This document shows positions 26,406 through 38,589 of a stretch of 64,000 nt of DNA, in pieces. Position 1 is the stretch's first letter; each line of letters opens with the position of its first letter. The notes under the pieces are model-generated. The model worked only from the letters and a program-made list of their open reading frames with translations, had not been told where the DNA came from and ran no database searches. Made by a program: the position numbers and the translations under genes. The stretch is from Schmidtea polychroa (Eukaryota): positions 38,194,001 to 38,258,000 of the forward strand of contig CM097885.1 of assembly GCA_044892525.1 (NCBI GenBank), read 5' to 3'.

Positions 26406-27713
26406 ATGGATCTAAAGATGGATTTAACTGGCGACCACGCCGAAAATCAAAATATCAACGCCATTTCAAAATCGACAAAATCGCTAATGGAATGCCTACC
26501 GAAATCATGCCAAGACATGCTCACATTGAACATCAGACGATATGATGGACGAGGTTTAAAAGAAGCCGAAGAATGGATCAGGGATATAGAAGAATGGTTG
26601 CTGACAAATGGACAGCGATTGACAAGCACTTTCGATGTGTTATTAGTGGCAGAAGCAAAGACATTGTGGGGAAACGTCAGAGAAACAGAAACAACAGATG
26701 TAAAAGCCAAAGCGTGGTTCTTAAATACGTTCACAATTACAAAATCAATAACTGACAAAATCAGAGAATTGGCAGCTATGGAACAGGAAGATGATGAAAG
26801 GTTTGCAGCTTTTGAAATACGGCTAAGGAAAGCTTTAGCTGAAGTTATAAATTCAGGACGATCAGAAGAAGATATTGTTCAAGATCTCATCGCAAATAAA
26901 GCACGCGATGCGAGACTGAGAGAGATACTATTGACGAAACCAGAAACAAAAATTGAAGAAACGAGATCATTGGCGAAAATTTTTGAAAGTAACAAAAATG
27001 GAAACCATAAAACAGAATTTATTAAAGCAATCGGTCAAAGAACATACGCTAGCGTGACTGAGGGAGGGAAGATGAGAATTCAAAAGAATACCCAAGATCC
27101 CATGCATACATCATCACAAAGAAGACTACCAGAGGACCAATTTAGTCACCACAGATCAAGAAGAGACGAACATCCTATACGCGGACCAATACAATACGAA
27201 GGAAATAACCATGGTCGTCGAGAACAATCTCCAAGACAACAATTCTTGAGAAATGCGAGAATCCCGAATAGCTCAGAAAGGAAGCTGCCAACAATATCCA
27301 TGAAGAATATTGCAAGGAGGCTGTACAATGAAAGTAGGGGACTACCACAAGCATCGGTCCCAAAATTAACGGTAGGTGATTGTTTTTGCTGTGGCGAAAG
27401 GGGCCATAGAAGGTATGAGTGTCCACTGGGAAATAAATGTCTGATATGTGGCAAGGAAGGACACGGGTTCCGAGATTGTTTTTCGTTACGGAAAGATGTT
27501 CCACAACGATATCAAAGAATAGCGTGCATAGAAGAAGAAGATTCAAAATCTGAAACAAGAGATTACACCGAGAACAGCCAGGATTTCAGAATGGATCACA
27601 GCAATATGGAAGATAGATACAATGTCCCTGAGAAATATACTATATTGAGAGAAGACGGAAAAAACATCAGCGACTCCATGGGTTTCATTTCGTCGGTGGA
27701 GTCAAGACAATAA
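26406..27713 (+). CDS. gag: Gag with two CCHC zinc knuckles
   Basis: CFCCGERGHRRYEC and CLICGKEGHGFRDC; capsid-like YDG...EWI and QEDDERFAAF. Confidence 0.92.
   Translation: MDLKMDLTGDHAENQNINAISKSTKSLMECLPKSCQDMLTLNIRRYDGRGLKEAEEWIRDIEEWLLTNGQRLTSTFDVLLVAEAKTLWGNVRETETTDVKAKAWFLNTFTITKSITDKIRELAAMEQEDDERFAAFEIRLRKALAEVINSGRSEEDIVQDLIANKARDARLREILLTKPETKIEETRSLAKIFESNKNGNHKTEFIKAIGQRTYASVTEGGKMRIQKNTQDPMHTSSQRRLPEDQFSHHRSRRDEHPIRGPIQYEGNNHGRREQSPRQQFLRNARIPNSSERKLPTISMKNIARRLYNESRGLPQASVPKLTVGDCFCCGERGHRRYECPLGNKCLICGKEGHGFRDCFSLRKDVPQRYQRIACIEEEDSKSETRDYTENSQDFRMDHSNMEDRYNVPEKYTILREDGKNISDSMGFISSVESRQ
26429..26439 (+). promoter_or_regulatory. Primer-binding site, tRNA-Arg-like, overlapping the LTR by 1 nt
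   Basis: TGGCGACCACG is complementary to the ...CGUGGUCGCCA 3' end of metazoan tRNA-Arg(UCG)-type tRNAs. Confidence 0.7.
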
Positions 27714-27733
27714 ATTGTGAAATAGGAAATGAA
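27659..27733 (+). promoter_or_regulatory. -1 ribosomal frameshift signal: slippery A_AAA_AAC plus H-type pseudoknot
   Basis: Heptamer 27659-27665 is in gag phase; stem 1 GACTCCA/TGGAGTC; loop TTCATTTC pairs with GAAATGAA (27726-27733); the -1 frame is open into pol. Confidence 0.8.
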
Positions 27734-27760
27734 CAACGAAGAGTCGAGGCAGAAGAAGAG

Positions 27761-30700
27761 ATGTACCAGACGAAAGATGGAAGAAATTGGAGTAAAATAA
27801 TGTTGAATAATGCCGAAACAGAGATGTTATGGGATTCTGGAGCATCAGTAACAGTTATGAGCAAGAATTTGTGGGAGAAAATAGGCAAACCAGAACTTAA
27901 ACGTTGTATGATATTATTGTGCGGAGTTTTTTCAACTGGAGGTGAAGAAGCAATGGGATACATGACTATACCGGCCACGTGGAATCAGAAGACCAAAATG
28001 ATCACAGTAGTAGTGGTAAAAGAGATCAAACCCGAATTCATAGGGGGCATTGATACAATGAAAGAGTTTGGAGTAAAGTTAATGAAAATCAATAATATAG
28101 AAACGTCATTGATAAACAAAATTTACACTGATGAAGAAAGAATAAATAAAGCACTAGTGGCGATGGCAGGTGAGAATAATAAAGATATTGAAGGAATGAT
28201 CAGGGAATTCGGCGGAATTTTTATGGCATCGAAATTCGATCTGGGATTTACAAACTTAGTTCGACATGAGATGCGGATAACAGGAGGCCCAATAATGCAA
28301 CATCCTCGACGTCAACCAATGCACATGGAGAAAAAGATTGAAGAACTGATAAAAGAGTTAATGAAAGCAAATGTTATTCGGTGTTGCAAGAGTCCTTGGA
28401 ATGCCCCGTTAGTGATAGTAGGGAAGAAAGATGGATCTATCAGGATGTGTGTAGATTATCGTGGATTAAATTCCATAACAGAAAAAGAGTCATTTCCGAT
28501 GCCTAACACCAAATTCTTACTAGACTGTCTCGCGAATGCAAAAATATTTTCGTCAATCGATTTAGGTCAGGCGTATTATCAAGTGGAGTTAGCTCCAGAA
28601 ATTCAAGAGATGACTGCATTCAGTACAAGAGAAGGACAATTTTGCTTCGATAGACTACCATTTGGCTTAGCAACAGCTCCTGCGACATTCCAGAGACTGA
28701 TGCACACAGTGCTAGAAGGAATGCTATTCAAGGGAGTAGTAGTTTATCTAGATGATATCTTGGTATATGGTAAAAGTCAAAAAGACCACGATGAGCTATT
28801 AAGGGAAATATTCAGAAGAATTCAAGTGGCAGGACTGAAGATAAATCCAGAAAAACGCAAATTCAATAAAACAGAATTGTGTTTCCTTGGTCACACAATT
28901 AACGAGAAGGGTATCCAGACAAACAGGAAGAAAGTGGAAGAGATCGAGAAAGCAGAAGTACCAAAATGTTCAAAACAATTGAGATCGTTTCTCGGATTAA
29001 CGAACTACTATAGAAGATTCATCAAAGACTATGCCAAAATCGCCGAACCATTATACGCTGCAACATCTGGATGCGATAAAGATATAAATTGGACTAAAGA
29101 ATGCAATGAGAGCTTCCAAACTCTGAAGAGACGGTTGTGCGAAGCACCTATCCTTGATTTTCCAAGAGAAGATAGGACTTTTATCTTAGACACAGACGCT
29201 AGTTTTGGAGCCATTGGTGCAGTTTTGAGTCAAATTACAGAAGATGGAGAAGAATCTGTCATAGCTTATGGCTCGAGACATATGTCATCACATGAAAAGG
29301 GATACTGTGTAACCAGGAAAGAACTGCTCGCCGTACATGAATACGTCATGCATTTTAGAGAATATCTGTACGGAAAAAAATTCATAATTCGCACCGACCA
29401 CAAGGCATTGGTTTTCATGAACACTACAAAAACGCCAATCAGTCCGCAGTTCCAAACATGGTTAGCTAACCTGTCGGAATATGATTTTGAACTAAAATAT
29501 CGGAAAGGAGAAGAACACTCGAATGCAGATGGACTATCAAGATTAAAAAGTATGATTTGCACCCAATGTCAAACAAGACATGAAGAAGCTAAGCAAGGAA
29601 AATCAAAGATTAGATATATATATATATATACTATCCAAAGAACAGAAGCTATGGAAAAAGTATGGGAACAACAACAAAAGGACATTCGGTTTCAAGAGCT
29701 GCGAGAGATATTGGAAAATGGATGTACACGGGAGAAAAAGAATTGTTTTCCTTTTAACGTAAAAAATACACGAATTGATGGAGGATTAATAACAGTAGAA
29801 AAGAACAAAAATATCTTAATGTTAGTCCCAGAAACATTTGCAGGCCTGTTAACAACAACACTACATGAAGAACTATGTCACATTGGAGTTAAGAAATTAT
29901 TTCATTATATGGAAAAGATATTTTATTGGCCGAAAATGCAAGAAACAATCCAACTCTGTTTACGATGTTGCGAGATCTGCGCTAAGAGAAAGATCGATCA
30001 GACAAGAACCAAGGAAACATTTATTCCTAGATATAGCTCTGAATTCCTAGAACAGATTGTTTTAGATGTGGCTTACATGGAAATAAACGCCATGAAAAAA
30101 TATATGGTAGTAATGGTGGACCGTTTTAGCAAACTGATTTCTTTAACTGCAATCACAAAGCAAGACGAAGGGACCATTTTCAAAACAATACTTAATAGTT
30201 GGATCTATCGATTTGGAAAACCGAAGAGCATTTTAACAGATAGAGGCCGAAATTTCGAAGGGAATTTCCTAAGACAGAAGCTACAGAAACTTGGAATCAA
30301 ACAGGAATTCAGCTCACCTTATCAGCACCAATCAAATGGTTTAGCCGAAAGAGCCATACGAACGATAAGAGATCTTATTACAGCAACATTGGCAGGCGGA
30401 TGTGAAGAGAGAAACTGGCACGAACTTCTACCCAGAATAGAGTTCACCATAAATAGCAGTCGACAAAGTGCTACAGGTTTATCACCATTTGAGATAATCT
30501 ATGGACGGAGTGTTAACCTACACTCTAACCTGAAACAAGCCGAGATATCAAGAAGCGAAAGAATCGAAGACGCGAGATTTAATTCGAGTAAAGCCGCAGA
30601 CACTATGAGAGCCATGGATAAGACAAAGAGGGGCACTCGTGTTTTCGAGGTGAGGGAGGAGGTACTCGTACGTAAAGAGCCGCAGAACAGGCACAAGGAT

Positions 30701-30826
30701 GGTATGCAATACGATGGCCCATATAAAATCGCCAGATTTCTATCACCTCATCGAGTCGAACTACATTCACAAGAAGGAACGAAAGAAAGAAGAATCGAGT
30801 GGCTGAAGAAGTGGAAAAATTCTTAA
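27761..30826 (+). CDS. pol: Pol (protease, RT, RNase H, integrase), probably expressed by -1 frameshift from 27665
   Basis: LWDSGAS; YLDD; DTDAS...TDHKAL; HHCC; D..TDRG..ER; GPY; uninterrupted frame. Confidence 0.97.
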   Translation: MYQTKDGRNWSKIMLNNAETEMLWDSGASVTVMSKNLWEKIGKPELKRCMILLCGVFSTGGEEAMGYMTIPATWNQKTKMITVVVVKEIKPEFIGGIDTMKEFGVKLMKINNIETSLINKIYTDEERINKALVAMAGENNKDIEGMIREFGGIFMASKFDLGFTNLVRHEMRITGGPIMQHPRRQPMHMEKKIEELIKELMKANVIRCCKSPWNAPLVIVGKKDGSIRMCVDYRGLNSITEKESFPMPNTKFLLDCLANAKIFSSIDLGQAYYQVELAPEIQEMTAFSTREGQFCFDRLPFGLATAPATFQRLMHTVLEGMLFKGVVVYLDDILVYGKSQKDHDELLREIFRRIQVAGLKINPEKRKFNKTELCFLGHTINEKGIQTNRKKVEEIEKAEVPKCSKQLRSFLGLTNYYRRFIKDYAKIAEPLYAATSGCDKDINWTKECNESFQTLKRRLCEAPILDFPREDRTFILDTDASFGAIGAVLSQITEDGEESVIAYGSRHMSSHEKGYCVTRKELLAVHEYVMHFREYLYGKKFIIRTDHKALVFMNTTKTPISPQFQTWLANLSEYDFELKYRKGEEHSNADGLSRLKSMICTQCQTRHEEAKQGKSKIRYIYIYTIQRTEAMEKVWEQQQKDIRFQELREILENGCTREKKNCFPFNVKNTRIDGGLITVEKNKNILMLVPETFAGLLTTTLHEELCHIGVKKLFHYMEKIFYWPKMQETIQLCLRCCEICAKRKIDQTRTKETFIPRYSSEFLEQIVLDVAYMEINAMKKYMVVMVDRFSKLISLTAITKQDEGTIFKTILNSWIYRFGKPKSILTDRGRNFEGNFLRQKLQKLGIKQEFSSPYQHQSNGLAERAIRTIRDLITATLAGGCEERNWHELLPRIEFTINSSRQSATGLSPFEIIYGRSVNLHSNLKQAEISRSERIEDARFNSSKAADTMRAMDKTKRGTRVFEVREEVLVRKEPQNRHKDGMQYDGPYKIARFLSPHRVELHSQEGTKERRIEWLKKWKNS

Positions 30827-31592
30827 GAAGGGGAGAGTTAGATATCTGTTTGTTTAAATAATTTGGAATTGGCGGTTTTGCGAATTAATTAAAACTTGTT
30901 ATTTAGAAATTCTTTGATTAAATATATATTGTTAGTTTCGAGATTTTTGCTGCAAATTTAAAGATGGATCTAAAGATGGATTTAACTAACTTAAAGCATG
31001 AAAATAGTTAATTGAACTTACCTTATTAAATATTTTAAAAATCTTCGGTTTTATTAGAAAAATAATTAACTTAAATGTATAAAAACTGAACAGAACGAAA
31101 AACAATTAATAACCGATAAAATGAAATATTTAGATTGAACTTTTTCAATAGAAATTAGAAATAGATTTAACTTTTACATATATATCTATCTATGGTAACT
31201 TAATAAATTTTTTTATTTTTTTAATATTTTTTAAAATTAACTGAAAGATTTCTATAAAGTAAAAAATTAGAATCGCAATGAAAACTAGATAAAATTTTCA
31301 AACTGTTTATATAAATTTGCACCAAATGGTAAATAAATTTTATTTCAATAATTTTTTTTTGCGTATTTTTTTTTGACAAAGTAAATAATTTTTTTTTCGC
31401 TTATTTTAATAGCAGGTTCGCACGAACCATAGAATTTACATCTAACGGTTCGCACGAACCGGTGCGAACCGGCAGGAAAGCATCCCTGTTTGTATGGTAC
31501 TAAGTTTATACCTTATCCTTTTAGATCTACTTAGCCCTTATACTTTTATGCCATCAAAATTATAATTTATGTTTACAATTTACAATTTATAC

Positions 31593-34500
31593 AATGACGA
31601 TATTTAAATTGATATATTGTTTAAATATTCAGATTTGATAATAAATAGATATTTGAAAATAACGTGTTAATTGTAATGACTTTTAATGAAAATGTTACTA
31701 GCGACCACGCCGAAAACGCAGCTCTGACGAGATCACAGCAAATGCAAAAAATTGTGGAATCTTTGCCAAAGAATATTCAAGATTCAATTTATCCAGTGAT
31801 AAAGAAGTTTTTTGGAGGAAAAGAAGAAAATGCAAAGGACTGGCTTGTATCTATTGAAGAATTTGTGACGATAAATTCGCTCAATTTAGGAGCAGCATTC
31901 GATTTGTTATTGCATGAAGACACAAAAGAGTTATGGATGACCTTTAAGGAAGCACAAAAGACTCCGGCCTCAGATCAAGAGATAGAAAGTTGGTTTATTT
32001 TAAAATATGTAAAATTCAAAATTTTTTGCAAAATATCGAAGACATGAGTCTGATAAAGCAGAGATCGGACGAAAGGTTTGAAAGTTTTGTGATCAGAGTG
32101 AGGAAATTAGTGCGCGAAGTTCTTTCCGCAAATCAAACAGAAGACATGATTGTCAAGGATATTGTAACAAAACGTATGTATTCAGAAAAAGTTAAGGATG
32201 CAATTGCAATGAACCCAGAAGTATCTCTTACAGAAATAGAGAAATTGAATGTAAATTTTGAAAATATTTTACATACAGAAGACACCAGAGAGGTATTTGT
32301 ATTGGCAGATGATAGGAAAAAATCGTCGTATGCATCGGTAACAAGGAATAAAATTCCAGTAAGGCAGAATGTTCAACCATTGATTAGACCATCAGTTCCT
32401 AAGACTAACCGGTATGTCAGTAAAAATAGAAGTTACGAAAATTATGACAATAGACGACATGGTACTGAAAGAAGACGAAGCTCAGAAAGTTTATTGGTTA
32501 ATGAGAGACCCAACAGGCCTACGGTTTCTTTGAAACATATTGCAAGACGAGTTTACAACAAAGCGAAAGGATTACCGGAACCAGAATTGCGACTTTTACA
32601 ACCCGGTCAATGTTACTGTTGTGGTGAATCGGGTCATATTGGGAACAATTGTCCTTTAAGCAAGTGCTGTTTAATATGCGGTAAAAATGATCATTTTTTT
32701 ACTAACTGCCCTCTATTAAGGAGTAATAATACAAGAAGAATTCACTGTATTCAAGAAGAAAATAATTTAGGAAATTTGACTTATTCGTATGAAGACCTTG
32801 AGAATGATGTCACGTCAGAATCTGAAGTAAATTAAATAGGATCGATTACAGGAAGTAATAGGAACAATGACAAAGACCGTCCTTTAAACGAGATGCGCTC
32901 TATGGCAAACATTTCGTCTGTGAAGTCGTTGAATTAAATGTGCAGAACACAGAAAACCGAAATGTTATGATGTTCAAGAAGACGGATGGAAGGCGGTGGA
33001 GTTGTGTTCAGTGTTGTGGAATAGTGATTGAGATGTTGTGGGATACAGGTGCGTCGATTACTGTAATGTCAGAGGTCATATGGAGGAAGTATGGCAGTCC
33101 AGTTTTAAAACCGGTAGATTTGGCGCTCAGAGGGACGTTTGGAAATAAGCCGATATCATGCTTAGGTGACTTTACAACTTCGATTGTTTGGAATGAATTG
33201 TGTCAGAAAGTGAATGTAATTGTGGTTAGGGATATAAGTCCAAGTTTTGTGGGTGGAATGAATTTGATTTTAGCTTTTAAAATAAAACTTGTGCCAGATA
33301 CATCAGTTGCATTAATAGATACAGATACGGTCGGTGTTAGCTACAGTGATACCAAACGATGTAAAAAAAGCGCTGGATGTTTTTGGATCAAATTCAGACC
33401 CAAAACTGGTGGAGTTAGTAACCATGTATAGTACAATCTTCATGGCATCAGATTTTGATCTAGGTTGTACTAGTTTGGTTACACATACTATGAAAACGTC
33501 TGGAAATCCAATTATTCAAAATCATAGGCGCATGGCAATGCAGATGGAATCAAAAGTGGACGATATGATTATGAAATTATTAAAAATGGGCATTATCAGG
33601 AAATGCCAAAGCCCATGGAACTCGCTTACAGTCGTGGTAGGTAAGAAAGACGGATCAATCAGGATGTGTCAAGATTTTAGGAAGGTTAATGAAGTTACTG
33701 AAAAATCCAGTTTTTCAATGGAAGATCCTCAAACAATATTCGATTCTTTGTCTGGATCTTCAGTTTATTCGTCCCTAGACATGGGGCAGGCATATTATCA
33801 GTTACATGTGGATGAAGCGTCTCAGTTAAAAACAGCGTTTTCTACAAAGAAAGGACAGTTTTGCTACAATCGAATGCCAATTGGATTATCCACGGCTCCA
33901 GCAACTTTCCAGACTTATGCACATATTATTTGATGATATTTTGTATAACGGTGTTGCAGCATATTTAGATGATATTCTGATATATGGAAAAACTATCGAA
34001 GAACACAATAGAAATTTGGAGGAAGTTTTTAAGCTAATTAAATCACCAGGATTAAGGATCAATCCTAATAAGTGTAGTTTTTATAAGAGTGAATTGATAA
34101 TCTTGGGCCATAAAATTTCAGCAAAAGGAATATCTACGAATAACAATATGATAAAGAGAATTATTGAGGTTGAAATACCGAAATGCAGCAAACAACTACG
34201 TTCATTTTTGGTATTAGCAAATTATTATCGCAAATTTGTTCCAAATTTTGCTGAAATAGCCAAACCGTTGTATGAAGCTACAAAGAGACATGAAAAAGAT
34301 ATTAAATGGAATGACAAGAAAGTTTCCGAAAACTTAAACAGGTATTATCGAGTGCACCAATCTTGGCGTTTCCAAATAAGGTCAATTACTTTATTTTGGA
34401 TACTGACGCGTGTTGTAGTGGAATTGGTGCTGTTCTAAGTCAAGTTCAAAATGGTTGTGAAAAAGTCATAGCAAGACTTTTAAGTGCTCATGAGAAAAGA

Positions 34501-36131
34501 TACTGTGAAACTAGAAAAAACTATTAGCAATATACGAGCACGTCCTATATTTTCGGCATTATTTATATGGAAAAAAGTTTGATATAAGTACGGATCATAA
34601 GGCTTTAAAGTTCTTAAAATCAACTTCGAAACCAATAAGTCCACAATTCCAAACATGGTTGAGTGAGTTGTCAGGTTATGATTTTGATTTAAAATATAGG
34701 AAGGGTGAAAATCATAACAACGCTGATGAACTATCGAGGATATTGTTTAGTTATTGCTCACAATGTCAAACCGAACACGAAGAAGGAAAACTTGAGAAGA
34801 GCAGGATAAGATTTTTAAACGTTATTACTTCAAGTAACTTAAATATGCAGTTATATATTGAGAATCAGGAAGCAGATAATTTGTTGTCTACAATAAAGAA
34901 ATATGTACTAAACCCGAGTCCCGAGATACCTCACTTGATTCGGGATTCACCTTATTTCAAAAGATTGAATCAGATATTGGTAAAAGACAATATGTTATTA
35001 ATAGTAAATGATGATAAGCAGAAGATAATAATTCCACAGAAGATAGCGTCACAAGTCGTACAGCATATGCACAAAGAACTCTGTCATTTAGGAGTTAAGA
35101 AAACAACAAATTATATGAACGATTATGCCTTTTGGATACACATAGTAACCGATATACGAGATATTATAAAAAAATGTGATATATGCATGAGAAGGAAGGT
35201 TTTGACAAGTAAAACAGCTGAATATTTAATTCCTAGGGTAATAATGAATTCGATGGAACAAATCGTAATCGATATTGCTCATATGAAGGAAACCAGAAAC
35301 CGTAACTGTTATTTGGTAGTAATAATTGATCATTTCAGCAAGATGGTTAGTTTAACAGCTACTCCGAACCAAGATGAAAAGTCTGTATATCATGTACTTT
35401 TACACAATTGAATATACAAATTCGGTAAACTAGCTTACATTGTTTCGGATAGAGGTAAGGTTTTCGAGGGAAGTCAAATCAAAAGGTTAGTTGATAATTT
35501 TAACATCGAATGGATATTTACTTCGCCATATTATCATAAGTCTAATGGTTTAGAACGGTTAATACAAACAGTTCGTGATATGATCGTGACATTTTTGAGT
35601 GATGGTCAAACTGGAGGGTGTTGGGACGACATTATGCCAAAAATTGAATATACCCTAAACTCAACAACACAGAATTCTACGGGATTTTCGCCAATGGAAA
35701 TACTATTTGGAAGAAAGGTTAATATACATGGAAAGAATTCATTCATAGATCTTAATCGAGAACAAGTATTATTGACAGCACAGAATAATGTTATGGTAGC
35801 TGCAGATAAAATGAGATCAAGAGATGCAGATAAAAAAAGTCATTGGCATTTTGAGGTGGGTCAAAGAGTTCTAGTAAAAAAGGATCCACATAAGAGATCA
35901 AAACATGGTGATTTGTTCGAAGGTCCTGTAAAGATTCTTGGTTTTCCAACGGAACACCAAGTTGAACTAGAATATCCAGATGGGAAAAGATGCAGAAGAA
36001 TTGAATGGCTGAAAGAGTATCACAGTTCTTAAAGAAGGGGCGAGTGACGATATTTAAATTGATATATTGTTTAAATATTCAGATTTGATAATAAATAGAT
36101 ATTTGAAAATAACGTGTTAATTGTAATGACT
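31593..36131 (+). mobile_element. Degenerate Ty3/Gypsy element B, same lineage as A
   Basis: LTRs 31593-31699 and 36043-36131; mutated PBS TAGCGACCACG; PPT AAAGAAGGGG; gag and pol homologous to A (WDTGAS, YLDD, CCHC) with many frameshifts and stops; slippery T_TTA_AAC at 32883-32889. Confidence 0.93.
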
Positions 36132-36458
36132 ATAGTCAATGTACTTTATAGTTTATTTTCTAAGACTTCGAATTTATGATTTATCAACAATTATAACCTA
36201 TATTTTCAGAAGATCAAAGTTATATTTTCTAATTATGATTTACTTTTTTTGTAGTCAAAATTACCATTTACACTTTGATAGCCATTTGGACTTGAACATT
36301 TTTCTACTATCATGGCCTATATGAATTCGTAATTTACACTATTAAGAAATTGAATTTATAACTGATGCAAGTTAGTGATTTATACTTCTATGGGATTGTT
36401 CGATTTATGAGTTAAGTCTTACTGATACGTATGTCGAATACTTTTATGAATAATATTA

Positions 36459-38589
36459 CAGTGTGGTCTCTCGTATCCACTCATCCTCGTATCCGCCACG
36501 CTCTAATAACCGCCACATGAAAAAATTTTATATGAGAAAATTCTGATATCTACCTGTTTCTAATAATCGCCACACTTCTCTCGTATTTTTAACATAAAAT
36601 TTCTTAAATTAATTTAAATGGATGGAATTTTCATTCTTTTTGTTAAAATATTAATAATTTCCTTGTTAATTGCATAATTTAAATTTAAATATTTAATTTT
36701 AACATTGTTGTTTCCATCTATTATTATTTACATTAATTTTTTTCATTTTAGCCTAAAGATGACAAAAAGAAAATGTACAAGGTTGTCGATAAAAGAGAAA
36801 ATTGATGTTCTGCGATATCTAAACATGAATAAACAGATATCTGATAGTAAAGTTGCAGAGATATTTTCGATCAAGTTTAAAAAAACTATTTCTCGGCGCA
36901 CAATTAATGACATTAAAAGAAATGAAAAAAGATTTTTATCAGATATAAATTCAGAATATGTAAATAATCATAAAATGCCTATCTTAAAGTATGAGTTCAT
37001 TGACAGCGTTTATCAGAATGGATAAATGAATTAGAGAAAGTGGGTGCAATTTTAAATGACGATTTATTGACTAATAAAGCATTAAAAATTGCCAACGATC
37101 TGAAAATAACAGAATTCAAAGCATCAAAAGGTTGGCTAAGAAAATTTAAAGCACGTCACAGTTTGAAACTCAGAAGATTACATGGAGAATCATATGGTCA
37201 GGTTTCATCTGATTATAACAATTTTCTCGATTTCCTTTCAAAAAAAATTAGTGAATATGGTAAAGAAAATGTTTACAATGCAGATGAAACGGGTCTTTTT
37301 TATAAATTAATTCCATCGAAAACAGTGTGTAAAAACATCCGAACAGGTTTTAAATTATTGAAAGATCGACTTTCAGTGCTATTCTGTGTCAACATGACTG
37401 GCACCCACAAACACCAGCCTTTAGTCATTGGAAGATTTGAGAAACCTCGTTGTTTCAAAAACTTTGATCCTTCATTTTTTGTAAATTATAAACATTCTAT
37501 CAGATCCTGGATGACAGCTAAAATTTTTAACAACTGGCTTTTAGAATGGGATTTCAAATTAGGAAAAATATCTAAAAAGGTTTTATTGATAATTGACAAT
37601 TGTCCTGCTCATAGAATAGACGTTGAATTAAAATCGATAGAGGTTATTTTTTTACCTCCTAATGCAACTGCTAAAATTCAACCATTGAATCAAGGTATAA
37701 TTAAATCTTTTAAAACTCTGTTCTTATCTAAAAAGTTATGTGACATTATAGAAAAAGTCGAAAGTGGAGTGGACACTTTTAATGCCTATAAAAAGCTATC
37801 CATCAAAGATGCTATACTTTTTATTTATTTTTCATGGAAGGAAGTTTCAGAAATGTGTATCATCAATTGTTTTAGACATGCAAATTGGTACATGTCAGAG
37901 ATAAATGAAAATTCAAGTTTAGCTGAGGATTGTCATATTGAAAATTACGATGAGTTCATTTCCATAGCTAATGTAACTGATGCTATAGGGGAAGATGAGT
38001 TTCTTCAAATAGAATTTAATGAAAATGATGTCTTATTAGAAAAAATAAACAATTTTGAGGAGGGTAATATTACAAGTGTCTGTGCTGATAAAGATGAGGT
38101 TGATGATTTAGCGGAAGATAAAGACACTGGTAATCCAAAAAATATCACTAAAAAAGAAGCTTATCAAGCTTTTCAAGTAATCAAAGATTTTTTCAATCAA
38201 CCAGGAAAATTTGACGTTAATGGTGTTATTGGATTAAATGAAATAAGCAAGGCCTTGAAAAAGGACGAAAAATGCAATTTAAGAAATTGGGTGATTAGAA
38301 AATAAATATTGCACAGTTAACACTTATTTTTATAAAAATGTACATAATTATTTCATAACAATCACGCATTTTTTGTAAAAATAAAATACGTTATTCATAA
38401 AATCGATTGGTTTTTCCCAGATGAATAAATAAAGCAATTGATACTATTAAATAAACTTTTGAATTTTGATTCGATTTTGTTATCTCAACATTTTTAAAAA
38501 TGTTTTTCGGATTCTAATATCCGCTATTTTCTAATATCCGCCACGTTTTTTCGAAGTCCCATTTTTGGCGGATGTGAGAGACTTCACTG
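36459..38589 (+). mobile_element. pogo/Tigger DNA transposon
   Basis: TA on both sides; imperfect TIR CAGTGTGGTCTCTC / GAGAGACTTCACTG; the empty site is visible in the homologous LTR near 45315. Confidence 0.93.
36759..38305 (+). pseudogene. Tigger/CENP-B-like transposase, one frameshift near 37008, third catalytic D replaced by N
   Basis: RLSIKEKIDVL (HTH); FKASKGWLRKFKARH; NADETG; IIDNCPAH; QPLNQGII. Confidence 0.9.

Larger units (their letters stand above)
26278..30987 (+). mobile_element. Compact, apparently intact Ty3/Gypsy LTR retrotransposon A (4710 bp)
   Basis: 152-bp LTRs that look identical (26278-26429, 30836-30987) with AGTTA...TAACT ends; 5-bp TSD AACTT; PBS TGGCGACCACG at 26429; PPT AAGAAGGGGAG at 30825-30835. 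Confidence 0.97.
23750..31488 (-). mobile_element. hAT transposon (KIAA1586/ZNF862-like transposase) with Gypsy element A nested inside; one TIR visible
   Basis: End CAGGGATGCTTTCC on the minus strand at 31488 with subterminal GGTTCGCACGAACC repeats; opposite TIR not found, so that boundary is approximate. Confidence 0.75.
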
